DNA from: Nitrosopumilus sp.
GTDB taxonomy: Archaea > Thermoproteota > Nitrososphaeria > Nitrososphaerales > Nitrosopumilaceae
Length of the DNA: 64,000 bases
Assembly (NCBI GenBank): GCA_963662625.1
Contig: OY759726.1
Coordinates: 1,472,001-1,536,000, forward strand
Reading direction: 5' to 3'
Part shown: one piece after another, positions 61,829 through 64,000 of the stretch
Position numbering within the stretch: position 1 is the first letter of the stretch
Layout: each line of letters opens with the position of its first letter
Made by a program: the position numbers and the translations under genes
The notes under the pieces: model-generated
The model's database searches: none
What the model was told of the DNA's origin: nothing
Seen by the model: the letters and a program-made list of their open reading frames with translations, nothing else

Positions 61829-63886
61829 ATGCGCCTGGCAAGCTTTCATATAAAGAAGTACCGCTCCATCGAGGACTCTGGTGAAATACGAGTTGATGAA
61901 AACGTCACGACTTTTGTAGGGATCAATGAAAGCGGCAAGACAAACGTCCTGCGAGCACTAAAGAGGCTAAACCCTATAGAGGACACCTGCTTCAATGATC
62001 TTGCCGAACAGCCCACATGGCACTTTGAAAGCATGGATCCGGAGGAAGTCTTCGTCACCGCAACTTTCAAACTAAGCGGTAAAGAAAGAGACAGGGTTAG
62101 TGAAATCAGCGGCAGGCTGGTGCAACTAGACGAAGTCAAGTTCAGCAGGAGAAAGAATATGAATCTTATTTGTGATCTTGAGGCCGAGCAAGAGGCGATC
62201 CACTTTGATGCGTTTGACAGGAACTACCTGCAACCCATACTCGCCATCCTTAACTCTGTTAATCCGAACGCCTTTGAGCGTGGTCAGGGGCAGAAGGACA
62301 TCATCATAGGAATATTCGAAGACATAGTACATGGTTACGAAGGGAAGTCAAACGTGAGGCAGCCACAAACCCTTGCTTCAATAAAGCAACGCATGAAGTA
62401 TTTCACACACACGTTATCTGTAATTTCGGGCGACCACGCAAAAAAAGCCTCGATTAATTCTGCGATTGAAAGGATATACTCCGAAGTGACGGAGGATCCT
62501 ACAGAAAAAATAAAGGAATACCTTGTCAAAGCTCTGCCCCGGTTCATTTATTTTGCAAACGTTGCCATAATAGACAGCAGGATTCACCTGCCGACGTTTG
62601 TCAAAAAACTTGATGCGAGTGGGCTGAGCGAAGACGAAAAAACTGCAAAGACTCTACTGGATCTGGCAGGTTTGGACGCAAAAGACCTGCACAAGCTAAG
62701 CACGGATGGAAATGACCGCGCAGAGGTTCGAGAAAACCATGACAGGTTGGATAGGTTGCTGAGTGGCGCATCAACGAAGGTCTCCAACGAGATTGACAGT
62801 ATCTGGGATCAAAACGACCACGACATAGAGTTCAGGGTTCAAGGAGAGAATTTCAGGGCATGGGTGATCGACAGGAAAGACAAGACAAAACTCCAACTGG
62901 AGGAGGGAAGCAGGGGATATCGGTGGTATTTTTCCTTCTACGTGATTTTCAGCGCAGAATCAAAGGGGAGACACAAAGACGCGATAATTTTGCTTGACGA
63001 GCCGGCGCTGTACTTGCACCCGAAGGCGCAGTCGGACCTTCTCAAAAACGTGCTTCCAAAGATGGCGGAAAAAAACCAGATCCTATACACCACGCACTCG
63101 CCTTTCATGGTGAACCTGAGTGATCCGGCCAGCATCCACACTGTCACGCTAAAGGACATCGAACTGGAAGGCCGGGCCGCTAGGAAAGTCACGCAGATAT
63201 CTGACAAAGTATGGGACGACGACCGCATGGCACTGTTCCCATTACAATCTGCGCTTCATTACACAATGGCACAATCTATGTTCATCGGCAAAAAAAACCT
63301 CATAGTGGAAGGCGTCACAGATCTTTGGATGCTGGGCGCTGCTTCGGCCCTCTTGGAATCTGCCGGCAAAACTCATTTGAAGCAGGATTTCGTGCTTGTC
63401 CCGGCCGGGGGAGCAACCAAGTCGGTATTCTTTGCGAGCACGTACAAGTCACAGGGATTGGACGTCGCGGTCCTGCTTGACGCCGATCCAGAGGGGGAAA
63501 CTGCACATGACTTGCTTGTTAAGAACAAGGTACTCCGAGGTCAGAAGGTCGTCCTGATCAACGAGATGCTGGGCAAGAATGGCAACATGTCGATTGAAGA
63601 CGTGTTTCCGGAGGATTACTACCTGAAATTCGTAGAATCAGCCTATCAAAATGAACTCAATGAAAAGAAAATCGAAAGAATCACGCTTACGTCGCAAGAT
63701 CCGATGGTGCTGAGGAGAATAGAAGAATTCTTCAGGGAGAAAGGCCTGCCAGAATTCCACAAGGGTAGGCCAGCGCGTGCTATACTGGAAGAGTTTGGTC
63801 AAGCCGATACGAATGCCCTTCCTGAGGTTCTTATCTGCAGGCTTGAGAAACTGTTTGCGGGGATTAACAAACTGATGGGCGGTTGA
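61829..63886 (+). CDS. OLD-family ATP-dependent nuclease (ABC ATPase + TOPRIM; GajA-like)
   Basis: YRSI, GINESGKT, GSRG signature, LLDEPALYLHP, TTHSP, TOPRIM IVEGVTD and LDAD, IED. Confidence 0.9.
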   Translation: MRLASFHIKKYRSIEDSGEIRVDENVTTFVGINESGKTNVLRALKRLNPIEDTCFNDLAEQPTWHFESMDPEEVFVTATFKLSGKERDRVSEISGRLVQLDEVKFSRRKNMNLICDLEAEQEAIHFDAFDRNYLQPILAILNSVNPNAFERGQGQKDIIIGIFEDIVHGYEGKSNVRQPQTLASIKQRMKYFTHTLSVISGDHAKKASINSAIERIYSEVTEDPTEKIKEYLVKALPRFIYFANVAIIDSRIHLPTFVKKLDASGLSEDEKTAKTLLDLAGLDAKDLHKLSTDGNDRAEVRENHDRLDRLLSGASTKVSNEIDSIWDQNDHDIEFRVQGENFRAWVIDRKDKTKLQLEEGSRGYRWYFSFYVIFSAESKGRHKDAIILLDEPALYLHPKAQSDLLKNVLPKMAEKNQILYTTHSPFMVNLSDPASIHTVTLKDIELEGRAARKVTQISDKVWDDDRMALFPLQSALHYTMAQSMFIGKKNLIVEGVTDLWMLGAASALLESAGKTHLKQDFVLVPAGGATKSVFFASTYKSQGLDVAVLLDADPEGETAHDLLVKNKVLRGQKVVLINEMLGKNGNMSIEDVFPEDYYLKFVESAYQNELNEKKIERITLTSQDPMVLRRIEEFFREKGLPEFHKGRPARAILEEFGQADTNALPEVLICRLEKLFAGINKLMGG

Positions 63887-64000
63887 GTTGGAGTACAGCA
63901 CAAGTGCACGAGGCGGGATTTCTGCCATGTGATTTACGTGATCAGGATCCGTCCCGAAATACACCGAGATGTCCAAAAACACCCCCGCCACGAGCCCCGT

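Noticed and set aside
1-64000. tRNA/rRNA genes, integrase, casposon or provirus
   Set aside because: No such motifs recognised by eye; a tRNAscan/Infernal run would be needed to exclude RNA genes.

Overview
Archaeal window, most likely from a high-GC ammonia-oxidising archaeon (Nitrososphaerota/Thaumarchaeota, Cenarchaeum-like). This is inferred from PAC2, DHS, INO1, SMC, PCNA, NurA/HerA and a thaumarchaeal 'VPxWV...WW' secreted-protein motif. Positions 1-6.5 kb and 13.8-14.8 kb are GC-rich housekeeping genes. 6.5-13.7 kb is a patchwork of a hicBA pair, degenerate IS elements, a PIN protein and a secreted CAP protein. From about 15 kb to the end is a large, lower-GC defence island containing: an extra PCNA upstream of a SNF2/DUF1156/DUF499 restriction-like system, two OLD-family nucleases, a frameshifted Type ISP R-M enzyme, a C5-MTase/HNH/Vsr module, and many IS remnants. 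Two signals stand out. (1) An AT-rich, tightly coupled operon NurA-HerA-large ATPase-DUF5591(ArcS-like)-TGT-PLD-AAA ATPase, with a convergent partner gene, is a candidate archaeal 7-deazaguanine (archaeosine-like) DNA-modification defence system with an architecture I do not recognise as described. (2) Three mutually unrelated, perfect 38-bp direct duplications each enclose a 35-36-bp insert, the geometry expected of ectopic Cas1-Cas2 spacer integration. All family calls come from motif recognition by eye; no database search was run.
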